Under the pieces are notes generated by a model that was not told where the DNA came from, did no database searches, and saw only the letters and a list, made by a program, of their open reading frames with translations. From Hydrolagus colliei (taxonomy: Eukaryota): a stretch of DNA of 64,000 nt. Positions 25,761-39,121 of this stretch are shown here, piece by piece. The position numbers were made by a program, and so were the translations under genes. Numbering within the stretch: the first letter of the stretch is position 1; each line of letters starts with the position of its first letter. The stretch is taken from assembly GCA_035084275.1 (NCBI GenBank), contig CM068742.1:129332001-129396000 (forward strand), in the 5' to 3' direction.

Positions 25761-26727
25761 ATCAGAATACAAATATCCTACCTCAAAGGACACATTCCCT
25801 AGATATGTTTGTTTTTCCAGCTCGTGGGGACCCATTTCAACTCTACTTTCAGATTTGAAATAAGGTCAGCTGCCATTAACCACTGTAACATAAATTTACA
25901 TACGATTGTGCAGACAGACACCAGCAATTCGGCAGTCCATGCCGGTGTTTATATGTCACGTGAGTCTTCACTTATTCTTTACTCCCTCGTATCTAGATTC
26001 CTCTTAAACGCATCTATACTATGTACTATACCTACTTCAACCACCGTTTCATGGAATTCCACACTCACAGCTGTGCGAAGGCTCCTTTTACGTCCACTAT
26101 CTTATTCTTGTTAGAGACAAGTGAGAAAAAGGGTTTGATAATAACCTTATCAAACCCTTTTTATATTTAGAAACACATATTAGATCCCTTCTTGAACATC
26201 TCTTCAGCGGTGGAAAAAAGCCTAACCTCTCCAGTCTAGGAAGATACCAATTTAATTTACTGATAGCAGTAAACCCAACCCCTCTACTCTTTCAAAGTGG
26301 TGATAGAATGTAGGTCCCGAGGTAAAGCAGTGAATTGGCAAAGGGCTGGTCTTGGATGCCAATCAGACAGCATCCAATTTGAGAAACGTCGCTTTCAGCT
26401 GGCTACACCAGTGCAGTGGCAGGTTTCAATGGGTTAGTTTTTAAAAAAATGTAGAATGAGGGATACCTCCTTTGAGTTTGAATACTTTTTTTCCATTATC
26501 CTCTCACGGTATCTATGTGGAGTCCCAATACATATCATCTACCTGTTCTGTTTTAATTAAGGCTATTATGCTTGGCTTGGCCTAAGAGATTTCACAAAAT
26601 CAAACTGTTGAAAGGCAACAAGCAGATTACTCTATGATGTGCTTCGGTAGTGCAGGGATTTGTGCTATTTCTGATTGTGCGCTCAGAACTGAGATAAATG
26701 ACAGGAGAGAAAAAAGGAACAAGAAAT

Positions 26728-27372
26728 TGCTGAACGTCAGTAAGACCGAGGCCCTCCTGATTGGCTCGCATCAGTGCCTCTACACCTCAGGCGCTGGCAG
26801 CTTCAGCATCCACAGCTGCACACTCCATCTCACGAAGCCAGTCAGGAAACTGGGTGTCTTGTTTGACCCAGAACTGTCCTTTCTTCCCCACATCCGCGCC
26901 ATGGCCATCAATCCTCAATCCTGGCTCCATTGGCTCCCCATCCCCCAGAGGATTGAATTCAAAGTCCTCATCCTCACTTTCAAAGACATCTACGGCCTTG
27001 CCCCTTCCTACCTCTCCGACCTGCTAACTGTCTACCAACGTGCCTGATCCCTCCGTTCAGCGGGCTCCAGTCTGCTCCATATCCTCTGCCTGACTATCGG
27101 TGGCTAGGCTTTCATCCTCTTTGCCCCCACACTCTGGAACTCCATCCCACAGTCCCTTCACCTCACTTCCTCCCTTGCCTCCTTCAAGGCCGGTCTCAAG
27201 ACCCTCCTTTTCAATCTGCCTTCTGTCACCCTCCCACCTCTCTCCCGCCCCTCCCCTCTAGCCTGCCCCTCAACCATGCTCGGGACGCGACTCCTAACTG
27301 TTCAGTGCCTTGGGGTATCCTCCTGACATGAAAAGCGCTCTATAAATGTAATTTTATTATTGTTGTTATTAT
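26728..27372 (+). mobile_element. L2 fragment with internal deletion
   Basis: LNVSKTEALLIG...LHWLPIPQRIEFK; hairpin and tail. Confidence 0.9.
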
Positions 27373-28589
27373 TGTGAGCTACAGGAAACTCAATTTCTGC
27401 TGGTTTCACTTATCTCACAGCAGAACAATTCTCTATAAGTTGCAGTGTGTTGTTCAGCTCTCTGATGCTCAGTGAAGGGAAGAGCCAAAACTGAACAGTT
27501 TAGACATAATCTTAAAATTAGATCGAAGCTGTTTCTAACAATTTGTGTTTATATAGCACCTTCACACGGGGTGGCATCCAAGAGCGTTTAGAAGTGTGTC
27601 TCTGGAATGTTAAACTAAAACCTTCTAGTTTACACACTTTAGTCAAGCATAGGTGCCTTGCTCACAATGATTCTTATTAGAATCTGAACAGGGATGACCT
27701 GATCTAAGAACAGACCACCAATATGTTCTTTTGAAATGACTCATTTATATAGCAAATCTGTTTTAAGTGTCTCATTCACTAAACGACGCAACTATTGATT
27801 TCAGTTGCAATACCTTGCATAGTTTATCTAGGGTATTAATCTTACTAAAAGCTTTTTAGAACCGGAATTTAATTCTGAACCAATGATGCATTACAAAAAT
27901 TTTAAAAAATGAAAACTGAAGTAAAACTAAGTAGGTATTAAGTCTATATCATTAGGAGAAGTGGAGCGCAACATTTTTCTTGCTGTTTAGAGCAGTTGTT
28001 TTGACAATGTGTGGTTATAATGTAATTTTCCTATTAGAAGCATACACTATCAAATTTGCTATGTTTGGTAGCAGAGCAATACGTTGCAAACCTATAATAA
28101 TATCATGTCTCAGATTTTCAAAAAATACATGTCAAATTATAATAACTCTGCTGCTGGGTCAATGCTGAATTCACTCACAGCACATTGCATTGCAGGAAAT
28201 GCTACTGGTATCACTTTCTGTGGTAAGAGCAATCTGTGATGCTCATGTCACTTCATTTACAAATTTACAATGGGCTGCCCAGGCGTTACACAAAGAAAGC
28301 AACAGCAGCTGTGACCTGATGATCCAGAACACAGACTTTCGTTTGGTCCATGCCTCCATGATCATTGCCTCTGGCTAATTCAGTGTTGGAAGTTGGGTGT
28401 AGTAAATTGGAGCCACAGTAAACTGCAGCACATCCTAATGGTTTGAACTGCATCTTAATTTTACAAAACAGTGACTTTTATTCAGTTCTAGACACCAAGC
28501 ACCTAGTATATAATTTTGAGCAACTTCTTGAAAAGCATCAATCAATTGTATCACTTTTTCATTGTGAAGAGACCAAAAGTACTACTCAC

Positions 28590-28760
28590 AACAATATCTT
28601 CTGGGTACAGGTCATCACTGAATGAACCATCATCAAATATGACTTGATAGAAGGTTTGTGACGAAACCCCTGTAACTCTGCAGCTGTAGTATCTTCCATT
28701 CTTGTGCTTGGAGATGACCGTCTGACCAATCGATAAGTCTTGGAAAAGAGTTTTATTTTT
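28590..28760 (-). CDS. KDM4C: KDM4C exon, Tudor domain part 1 ([57 protein letters not shown])
   Basis: 171 bp, phase 0/0. Donor gtgagt, acceptor ttctttaaaaaaaag. Contains the KDM4 double-Tudor motif FDDGSFS. Confidence 0.93.
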
Positions 28761-28984
28761 CTTTTTTTTAAAGAAAAACAGAAACAAAGGTGTCACCAAA
28801 ACAAACCACTGGATACAACACATTGCATTTACATTGCACTCTTGACATATAGGCGTCCCGGAGTTGACAATGTCACAATTTGACGCAGAGCCAGGGAGAA
28901 GAAGGAGGTGACCCTAAGCACAGAAAGTCTCTAGGTGCCACCTGAAGATGGGCAAGGAGATGGTAGATTGAGGTATGGAGTTAC

Positions 28985-29360
28985 AACACCAACAATAGAA
29001 TTACATTTATAGAGCTCCATTCACGTCGGGAGGACATCCCAAGGCGCTGAACAGTCAGGGGTCGGGACCCGAGCAAGGGGGAAGAGGCAGAGTGGGGGAG
29101 AGGGGAAGGAGAGATTTGGGGGGGGGGGGCAGCAGAAAGCATGATCGAAGAGGAGGGTCTTGAGACTGGCCTTGAAGGAGGCAAGGGAGGAAATTAGGCA
29201 AAGGCACTGTGGGTTGGAGTTACAGAATATGGGGAGAGATAGGCTGAAAGCCCGGCCACTGATGGTAGGGCCCGTCGGGCAGGAGACATGGAGCAGACCG
29301 GATGCTGAAAGGATGAAGCAGAGTGGTTAATAGGGAGTTAGCAGGTCGGAGAGATACAGA
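28985..29360 (-). mobile_element. L2 3' fragment
   Basis: Reverse-complement hairpin, UTR and ORF2 end. Confidence 0.85.
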
Positions 29361-30028
29361 GGTTAAAGGATCATGGCAGAGTGGCTGATAGCACGACCAA
29401 CAATGGTAGAGCAGAGGTAGACAGTATGTTTTATTGACAAATGTAAGTTAAATCATTGAGATAATGTTACAATAAAACCATCAATTTTTGCAGTTTTTAA
29501 ACTACTGCACAAATATTCTTCTAGCGGAAACCTCAGAAAACCCATTAACTACAACAGTCCAGTTTAATTGCTTACTAAACTGACATGCTGAATATATCCA
29601 AGTTGAAAAGCAAGCACCTCAGCAAAGTATTACATGCTTTAAACAGTTTATCTCAATATGGATTATTTGTGTGTGCGTGTGTGGGCAGCAGGGTGGACGG
29701 GATAGTCTAGGCACAACTTTCAAGTGAATGGTTTGTGTGAAATTAAACTCGTCAGATACCGTAATGCACCTTTACTCAGCCTTATAACACAAATCCATTC
29801 ACTTTGAGTCAGTTGATCTAATCCTACACGGACCTTCTCAATCAATATTTCAGGCTTGGTTTAATTTACAACCAGATGGGCATTACATTTCAAACCTACA
29901 CCAATCCATATCACCCATTTTACCCACTTGACATTCTGTAGATAAACAGTGTAATTTAGTCTTTGAATGCTCTTTCCTCCTCAGTGAATCCTAGAAGAGA
30001 AACATTTGCAAATGAGTTAAATACTTAC

Positions 30029-30214
30029 TACACTGGGATTTGTCTTGTGTCTGAAACATGTGATGAGGACTACATATGGCCAATCATCTGGTTCCATCAG
30101 CATGCCTGCTGCATGGGCACAGGTTACGTGGAAGGATGTTGGACAGCGGCCATATGAACACTGAATACAAGCACCTGAAGTCTTCTTGACTCTCTTTCTG
30201 CAAAATACACATTT
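30029..30214 (-). CDS. KDM4C: KDM4C internal exon, second PHD finger ([62 protein letters not shown])
   Basis: 186 bp, phase 0/0. Acceptor cccttccaacag, donor gtaagt. The peptide closely matches the human KDM4C PHD2 as I recall it ([24 protein letters not shown]...CFRHKVNPNV). Confidence 0.95.
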
Positions 30215-30242
30215 CTGTTGGAAGGGAAAAGGGACATTCATT

Positions 30243-30613
30243 AATAGTAATAAAATCCCTTGCATTTGATATAGCGCTTTATCAAGTCATTGCAAAGTCT
30301 CAGAGCACTTCACAGAATATACTGTAAAGTTAATTGACTATACAGTATTTTGTAGGCAAAATGAGCAGCCAATTGCACACAGCAGTGTCCCACAAACACT
30401 CGACAATTGAGTCACCAATTTTTTTCATATATGAGATTATTACCCCAGAAAGCAATCTGCCAATCAATTGACAACCGAGTTCCTACTTGCTGCTAGGTAA
30501 GGAGAGGCATGTGGACTAAGGAAACTTGCCTAAGATTTCTCCCTGCCCGGGAATCAAACCTAGGTTCTCTCATTTGCAAGGCGAGTGCACAAACCAATAC
30601 ACTACAGGTCTCC
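30243..30613 (-). mobile_element. tRNA-derived SINE ending about 28 nt before the PHD2 exon acceptor
   Basis: Head, body and tail all present. Confidence 0.88.
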
Positions 30614-31189
30614 ATACAATGAAAAAATACACCTGTATCTCTATAGTGCCCTTTAACTAGAATAATGTCTATTATTAGTAGAGTTTTACAGAGGGGAAAG
30701 GGTGTGTGTGGTCAGAGGTAGGCTTTAATGCAGGACTTGAACATAGGGTGGGTGGGTGGGTAGGTAGGCAGGTAAGTAGAGGGGGTGGGGGGGGGGGGGG
30801 GGGGGCCTGAGAAGGAGGTGTAAGGAGACAATTCCTGAAGTTAGACATGTATTATTTGAAGGCTCAGGCAATGTACATACTCCAAGACCCAAAGAATGTA
30901 AACAACCCAAGCAAGCATATCATGTTGTTGTGAATACCACCAGGAGCGTGATTTACTAGCATAAGCTCAGCCTACAGCTATTTTCATTTGCAATGCATGG
31001 TCTAATCTGTCTGTCTTGCATCAGAAATAGGCTGGTGGGGGAGGGCTCACCGACTGTACAAACCATTAACCTCAGATGAAAATGCAATTAAAGCATGTAG
31101 TATAGTGTGATGACAGACCACATTAACCACAAATACATTGCGACATGGGTGATTCGACACATGGCACAGGTTCCTACATTGGGACGTCT

Positions 31190-31578
31190 TCCAGGTCCTC
31201 ACATTTAAAGCCCTCCATAACCTCACCCCATCCTACATCTCTGACCTCCTATCCCCTTACCAATCTGCCCGCCCCCGCTGCTCTGGCCTGCTCCAAGTCC
31301 CCTGAACCACCTGCCCCACCATTGCCGGGTGAGCCTTCAGCCACTCTGCCTCCAACCTCTGAAACTCCACCCCGCAGTCCCTCCGCTCGCCCCCTCCCTG
31401 GCCTCCTTCAAGTCTCACCTCAAGACTCTCCTCTTTGATGGACTCATTGGCAACTCCTAATCCCCCCTTCCCTCCACTGTCCTCAGCTCGGTTCTGAAGC
31501 AGTAACTGTCCAGTGCCTTGGGACGTCCTCCTGATGCGAAAGGTGCTATACAAGTGTAATTTTGTTGTTGTTATTGTT
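31190..31578 (+). mobile_element. L2 3' fragment
   Basis: VLTFKALH start, hairpin and (TTG)n tail. Confidence 0.88.
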
Positions 31579-31939
31579 GAAAGGCTTGATGCAAATGTAA
31601 TTTTCTTGTTACTGTTGCAGCAAGCTCCCGTAGTGATTCCCCAAAGAATGGATCAAAATGGATCTAACAGAAAATATATGGGAAGCTCCTGAAAATCTCC
31701 TATTCCAGTAATCACCATGCCATGTGCTACAGCAAAATCTATCCCAACATTCTTTTGCCTTTAAGATCAGGATTGCAGCACACAATTAGATGACTAAAGA
31801 TCTACTTGATAAGATGACAGCTTACAATAATTAAACCAAATATCAATCCCAAAAAGTTGATTGTACATTGTCCAGTGGCTTCACATTGTTATTATTTTAA
31901 AAAATAAGAATCCTAGGATCTGACATGTAAAAATTGTTG

Positions 31940-32180
31940 AAATTGTTGAAACCTCTCAAAGTGCTTCATGGAATTACTGTAAAGAGTATTTGTAAACAAA
32001 CACAATAGCTAATTTGCGCACATTAATGTTGCACAAACAGCCACACGGTGAGTGACAAATTTTAGTTTGGGGGGTTGTTGCACAAGACAATTGGATAAGC
32101 TCCCTTCTCTTTCTGAATAGTGCCATGGGATCTTTAACATTCACCTGAAGAAGTGGAAAGGTTCTCGGTTTAACATCTCA
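31940..32180 (-). mobile_element. Old Deu-domain SINE fragment
   Basis: aatagtgccatgggatctttaacattcacc core. Confidence 0.65.
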
Positions 32181-33534
32181 GAATATGTCAGATCTAACTA
32201 TGAGTTCAAAGTCAAATATATTTACAATGAGGATTTAGTGTGATCTTCAAGAACTCTACTACTGACGCAACAAGTCTATTCAACTACATGAGGATAAAAT
32301 GGAAGAATGTCTAACTACTTTGTGGAGTAATTTACTGTTGGGATGACCCGGTATTGGGACAACCTAATCCTTAAATTTCAGTATAAGTGAAAAATCAATG
32401 GAGGAAGCTTGTAGCTCATTAAAGCAGTTAGTTGATGTGAAAGGTAAGAACTGGCTACTTTCCAAAAGACAGTCTTTATGCTACATGTCACTGCTGGTTC
32501 AAGTAGATAGATATAACATGAATTTGGATATTACCCAAGTCAGATTCCATGCTGGAACAATAGATTTAATTTGTGTTTATAAAATAGGAGTGTTAAATGG
32601 ACAGATTAACAAGGCCCTGTTAATAAAAAAAAAGGTCTACAATTTGGTGAAAACCTTGAAGAACCAGTGTTAATCTGCACTCATAAATACCCTGAAAGTA
32701 TGACCATGAGGTCAGGGAGAAAAGATTATAAATGAATGGTTGTGTCATAGCAACAGTTATTGATTGTCTTCACTTTATGTTGGGGTGCAGTTGAACTATG
32801 AACAAATACCTTTATGTTTGCAACAAATTGGAGAGACTGAGCATTAGGTTATGCTAAGCTAAAAGAGGGACAAGGACTTTGACAGCTATTTTTCCTCTCA
32901 CAAAGCGGCCAGTCATTATGGATTTCTTATGTACCGGTAGGTAAGAGGTGACAATTAAGAAGTGATGTCAAAAGGAAATTTCTTCCATTGAAAGGGACTT
33001 GAGCTGATAAGAAATCTGAAATCTCAATAGAAATAAGACATCTGTTCAATTTATGGATACTAACTAACGCTTTACTTTCATTGTTTTTTTTAATGATACC
33101 CAGATGGATTACGAACACATCACTATTCAAACATCGAGGATCAAAAACTGTCTATTTCTCCTGTTCTTTCTCACTCTCTCACTCTTTTGTTCTTTCACTT
33201 CAGAAAGCCATCTGAGCCGAAGCTATTTCTCAGAAACTTGCAGAGCAGCAGTTACCTCATTTGGTAATATATGCTGAAAGATGCTGCCAAAGTTTTTGGT
33301 TTTGAAAATGTCTGATGTCCAAGAAGGTGGCCAGTCTTGGGAATAATGGTGATACGTGTCCCCATAACACTCACCTTAAATGTGGTGGGATAGTAAGAAG
33401 GGAAATAATGAATTGAACCAAATAATGAAGAACCACAGAAATTGTTGATAACAGTCAAAATTAATATTATTATTATTATTTGGATGAAGCACAGAGTGAT
33501 GGAAAGTGAGTTGGCAGTCAACATACTACTGTAT

Positions 33535-33797
33535 TATAATAATAATCCTTGCATTTGATATAGCACTTTACACGCCTTCTAGACATCTCAGAGCGTTTCA
33601 CAGAATATACTGTAAAGTAAATTGACTGTATATTTGTGGGTGAAACGTGGCAGCCAATTGCACACAGCAGTGTCCCACAATCGTGGATTGAAGTGACCAA
33701 TTTTTTTTTTGAGGGACTATTATTAAGCATGTGGAGTACGGAAACTTGCTCAAGGTTTCGTCCTACCTGGAATTGAACCCAGGTCTCTCGCTTGTAA
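33535..33797 (-). mobile_element. tRNA-derived SINE
   Basis: Tail, body and B-box present. Confidence 0.88.
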
Positions 33798-36754
33798 TAC
33801 TGTCATTAGCTCAGGATGATACCTGAGGGATGGTGTCATTTCAACAATTCAGCTCGTTTGAAACTTCTCCAGACTAATTGCTCTGTGTGTGCTCAGTTCA
33901 GTTAAAACCTTACAGGAAACTAAAGATTATTTTTTACAGTTCAATGCTTAAAAGTGATACCAAAGGTATGAATAAAAAATAAAGCACTTTTAAAGTAAAA
34001 TACAGTTAATAGAACCAATATGCCATCTCACTTGTAATGCTGAATTTACACTTAAATGTAAGTACTTAAGAGATATTTATCTTTGTGAAAGGCACTATAC
34101 AACTGCACGTTGTTACTGTAAGTAATTTCCATAAGTTATTAATTACATGTTCTTCATACCTAAAAGGATAAGTCATTCATATGAAAAGATATGCAAGAGA
34201 TCAAACAAAATGCTATCAGCTTTTTAAAAGCTAGCACATATTTCCTGTGTGTGTGTGTATGCGCACCCCTAGCATATTTGTATGTGCCTTTTAAACCATT
34301 AAATTATACATTTATGTACTCAGATAAAATGTTTATAGGGAAAATTAACTTTAATGAAAATGCCACAGCAGATCCACAATATAGCATCACCTAAGGAACA
34401 CGATTATGAAGTGATAATGCACTTTAATGTGTTTCACAATCTGCCATGGAATTAAGTAACACATTTGATGCTCTTGAAACAGAATATGACAAAACAAATG
34501 TAAGTGTAGAAAAAAAATCCATTTAATAGAATTTAATCAAACATTTACCCTGTCAGCATTTTGAGCTTGAATAAATTGAATTTGTTTGAATTAGATCTAC
34601 AAAACCTAGGCACTTTCCTAAACTATATTGACTACTTGTGAGACAGAGGGAGAAAAATAAATAATTCCCTATTAATAAACTTTTGTTCCCACATAAGCCC
34701 TCCTCTGTATTGTGCCTCTGGGATTGACCTATTGTGTTATGTAGACAAGCGCCTACAAATTCTTGGAATAATACTTTGCTTGAAGCATTGGAACTCATAA
34801 CATAATTCATATTTGACCACTTTCCCACATACATCTACTTTACCTAACTGATTTACGGTGTGCTTCTGTATTAAATATGCTTGCTTATTCCTATAGCATG
34901 TAACTTGAGAAACTGCTGTGATAGTAATCCAGATATGTTTGGAATACAAAAATAATCTCACTGCAGAGATCATACTGGTTTTATATCAGAGATGAAGTTC
35001 CTGAAACCGCCTCAATAAGTAACATTCCTCAACACTTTCCAGACAAGAGCAATGGGCAGCTGGAGGCAAATCAGGGTGGAAAGATAGAGCTGCAGGGAAT
35101 AGAGCTCAGCACAGAGAAAATGACAGGCAAACATGGGAGGAGAAAATATTGCCACTGTATGATATTCTTGAGCGATGGTGATGAATTCAAGAGAAAATAA
35201 TGTACTAAAATCCAAAGATTACATTATTGCTCTCCCGACAGTTCAGTGGGTGAAGTGAACTAGGCCTTACTAGTTTCTTTCATGTTTAAGCAGCAGATCC
35301 CAGCCAGGGCAGCACAAGAGGCACTGCAATTGTCATTGCTGCCTCTGAGTTAAGAGAGGAGAAAATGAGTCAAGGTGTTCACCCTGATTACTACCCAGTC
35401 ACGCCTGCTAAGTTCATGGATATTTCAAACCAGTAATTATTGAATTAGCTCATACGCAAAGGCCTCTTGGTGAGATTTGCATGCGATCTTACTGCTGTAG
35501 AACAGCCTCAAAATGTCTTCGGGAAAGGAGAAAAGGAAAGAAAATTGCCTCCGGTAGCTGAACCCTGGTCTTCCACTGGGAAAAATTTAAAACCGCCAGG
35601 GGCATTGTTAATTGATGCAAGATAAATAAGAATTATGTCATGTAAAACGTGTTCAATTCTTACCCGAAGGGCAAAGTCTCCTATTTAATTATACATAGAA
35701 ATAGTAGTAAAATTCTGTCCTATTATCTCATAAAAGGAAAATATTTGACAATTAATCTGTTTGGCTAATATACCTCACCATAAATGCATAAGAGGAAAAA
35801 CTCCATCTGCAGCAATCACAAAAAGCTTTAATTTGTATTAAGATAAACTATAAATACTCTCATGCGGTTGTACCATGTTCCAGTTTGATTTATTGTTGCA
35901 GACTTAGATTTCATTTACATCAGGTTTAGTTATTGCTACAGTTCTGACGAGGAAAAGATGATAGTGCCATCAGTTATGTGAGAAGTATTCACAGTGGCAG
36001 TACAGTACTTCCGTTTTTTTTTAAATGTTACTTATGCCACAAATACAAATATAACAACCTGTTTATTAAGAATATCCACATTTTAATCTTTTCTTAGTCA
36101 GTTTCAGGTGCAATGGAATGAATTGAACCCAGGATTGCCTCAAGCCAAAATAATGAAAGCATGACTGTGCATCGATCAAATCTATCACATATTTTTTAAA
36201 ATAAAAATCAGTTGCTTGAATGGCAGTCACTAATTTATTTTTATGTGAGGCTCATAGCTGAGTGTCAGAGTAGAAAACTCCAGTTCAGAAAACAGTGTCT
36301 ACATTAGAAACCTTGCAAATAGGTGCAGTATTGATAATTTTATTGATAATTTCTTTCTGCTTCATCAAACTTGATCAATAATGCTGAATTCAGCAACCTC
36401 TTGATATGATGATACATTTTCATTAATACTTACAATTGAAGGGCTCCATTGAAAGAACAACAACTTCAACAACAATTTACATTTATATTACACTCCTCAC
36501 AGTGGTAGTGACCCAGGATCCAGCTTGAAAAGCTGCTAGAAACAAATATCTTCCAGTATGTCTTGCAAAACTACAATAATAACAATTTGCACATATATAG
36601 GATGTGCTGAGAATCCCTTAAAACACTAAATAAAGATGGATTAGGCCAGTCCTAGAGGGAAATGGATGGTAGGGGGCACTAAAGGAACATTTTAGACACG
36701 TTTTGAAAGTAGAGAGGCAGTGCTGGATCCATTCAAATTTTCAAGATTGAGATC

Positions 36755-37042
36755 TCGCCTCAAGACCCTCCTCCTCAACCGTGCCATCGGTCACCCCACT
36801 TCCCCTACATTGCCTTCACCCTCCCCGATCCCGATCCCAGCTTGCGTTTGAAACTCTGACAGTCCAGTGCCTTGGGACGTCCTTCCAACGCGAAAGGTGC
36901 TGTACAAATGCGATTTTGTTGTTGTTATTGGATGTAGGTTTGTTAGGTAAATTTATCAAGAGATATTGGAGTTGAGGTATAAGATCAGCCATGAACAGGC
37001 TCGAGGGCTGAATAGCCTACCCCTGTCTTCATGTTCCTATGA
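36755..37042 (+). mobile_element. L2 3' end (to about 36929) directly followed by a CR1 3' end
   Basis: L2 hairpin and tail, then gatcagccatgaacaggctcgagggctgaat...ttcctatg. Confidence 0.8.
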
Positions 37043-38679
37043 GTGAGTGAGGCAAGAGAGAATTCAAAAAGGAGCTTCAGACAGCAAGGGCAAAGTAGAT
37101 GTAAGGTCACTTGTGAATACTGGGCAGATTGAGCAGTGGTATGAATGAAGCAGATCAGGGTAAAATTTCCTTTCTATTATTTTCAATCAACATCAGCCTG
37201 AAAGGGCACCAGGAAACTACACGTTTTATCATTTTTATTCATGTTAACACTAAAAACGCAAAACCTTTCTGAAAGAGATGGCTGGAGGCAAATCAACAAA
37301 GACACTGCAACTACCCATTTCAGAAAGGATAACTTTTGCAAAAGAAGTTCTTCCACAAATATACATTCACTACACTTCACATTAAAAATCTCGTGAAGCA
37401 CTTTTAAATTTTCATCAAGGTGATAAGGCACGACATCAAAACTAGGATCATTATTTTGTGAACGTTCTTAAGAGAGTTTTCACACTTGAATATGACCCTA
37501 TCTTAATATGTTTGTTACTGTTGATGGATAATCTAAAGGTAATATGTGTATTATCCTTTTAAGATCTTTACTTCCTTCCAACCTTCCATTGTACTGTGAA
37601 ACTAGCTATGAATGCATGAAGATATGCAGTACAGGATGATTCTCCTGCCTGTGGGAGTACCATATGGTTTCTGCTTGGTACAGTACTGTTCTGCTGTAGT
37701 ACAACTGAGATAAGCAACGCGTTTAGAGGTTCGTGAGAGTGAGCCCACATCCTCCCATTCAGCGAAAGGCGAACACAACACGTTGTTCAACACCATCTGC
37801 TGTGGCAGATATAGAAAAGATTGGCTTTGAGAAACAGCCCTATGGTGTACTTGAATCCATTCTCAGCATGCAATCCTGATATAAATTCCTTGAATAAAAA
37901 TGGTGCCAAGCCTTAATTTTTTCCTTTAACGACCCATAGTTAGCCAAGATATAATGAATCAAAGTTGCACGCAAGTCAGATTATGCAACTTTGTTTGTCT
38001 TGATCTAGTGCAATTAAAATAATTCTATTGCAGTTAGATCTGTGTGACAAATTATACAATCTCTTTTTACAACACTGCCATCTGCTGTATATAAGTAATA
38101 CAGAATGTTTTTTTTCCACCAAGAACAGTACATTCCAAACTCGTCATTTGAAATATTCAAAATGCTGTCATCCTTCCTTAATTGCTTTTAGTTTTATCCG
38201 ATAGTATCCTCCAAAATGTCTTCTATGAAAAAACAAATTGAAACTTATAGAACCGTTTCTTAGAACCCTCAAGAAATAAGACCTAGGCATTATTGATGTG
38301 ATAGTTGATTCTAATTAGTAATACAATACCGCAAGATATTTATTTATTGATAACCCACAAATACATTTTAACCTTCTACTTTTACTATTACTTTTTAATG
38401 GCCCATCCTTCAACTTTTTAATGGCTTCCAAGTCTACTGCTTGAATTGTTCCAAAGATAAATGCTGCCGTTCTCAGAGCTCGTGTGAATACGTGTCATTT
38501 TGGCACAGTTGGTAGCACTCTTGAAAGCATCCTCTGGATCAGAAGGTTGCAGGTGCAAAGCCCACTTTGGGAATGCTCTTCGTGTTATTGCCAAATCACA
38601 TAGTTGTTGGTGGGACCCTACTATGTATTTATCTATTCAGAACAGTCATCATTGTTGCACTTTGAGACTTTTTTTTTTA

Positions 38680-39048
38680 CGCACAATGATTTCTCTTCCA
38701 GCACCCACACTGTCTCGTGCACTGTTGCTCAGGGCTCTGTCCTCGGTCCCCTCTTCTTCAACCTCTACATGCTCTACCTCTACTTGGTGGTATCATCCGC
38801 AAACTTTGGGTGAATTTCCATATGTATGCAGATGACACCCAACTCTATCTCTGCTCTCAATTCCAGGACTGACAGACTCTATCAGACACCAAGTCCTAGC
38901 TGAGAGATAACTTTCTACAACTGAACGTCAGTAATACCAAGGACCTCCTGATTGGCTCATGCCAGTGCCTCTGCACCTCAGGCACTGGTAGTATCAGCAT
39001 CAACAAATGCACACTCCACCTAACTAAGCTTGTCAGGAATCTGTGTTT
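38680..39048 (+). mobile_element. Degraded L2 RT fragment
   Basis: VAQGSVLGPL and FHMYADDTQLY remnants. Confidence 0.85.
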
Positions 39049-39121
39049 AAGCCCACACCAGGTGAATAGCAGGTCCCAGGAACACCCTGCAAGCTTCCTA
39101 AAAGCGGCAAAGCTCAACAAA

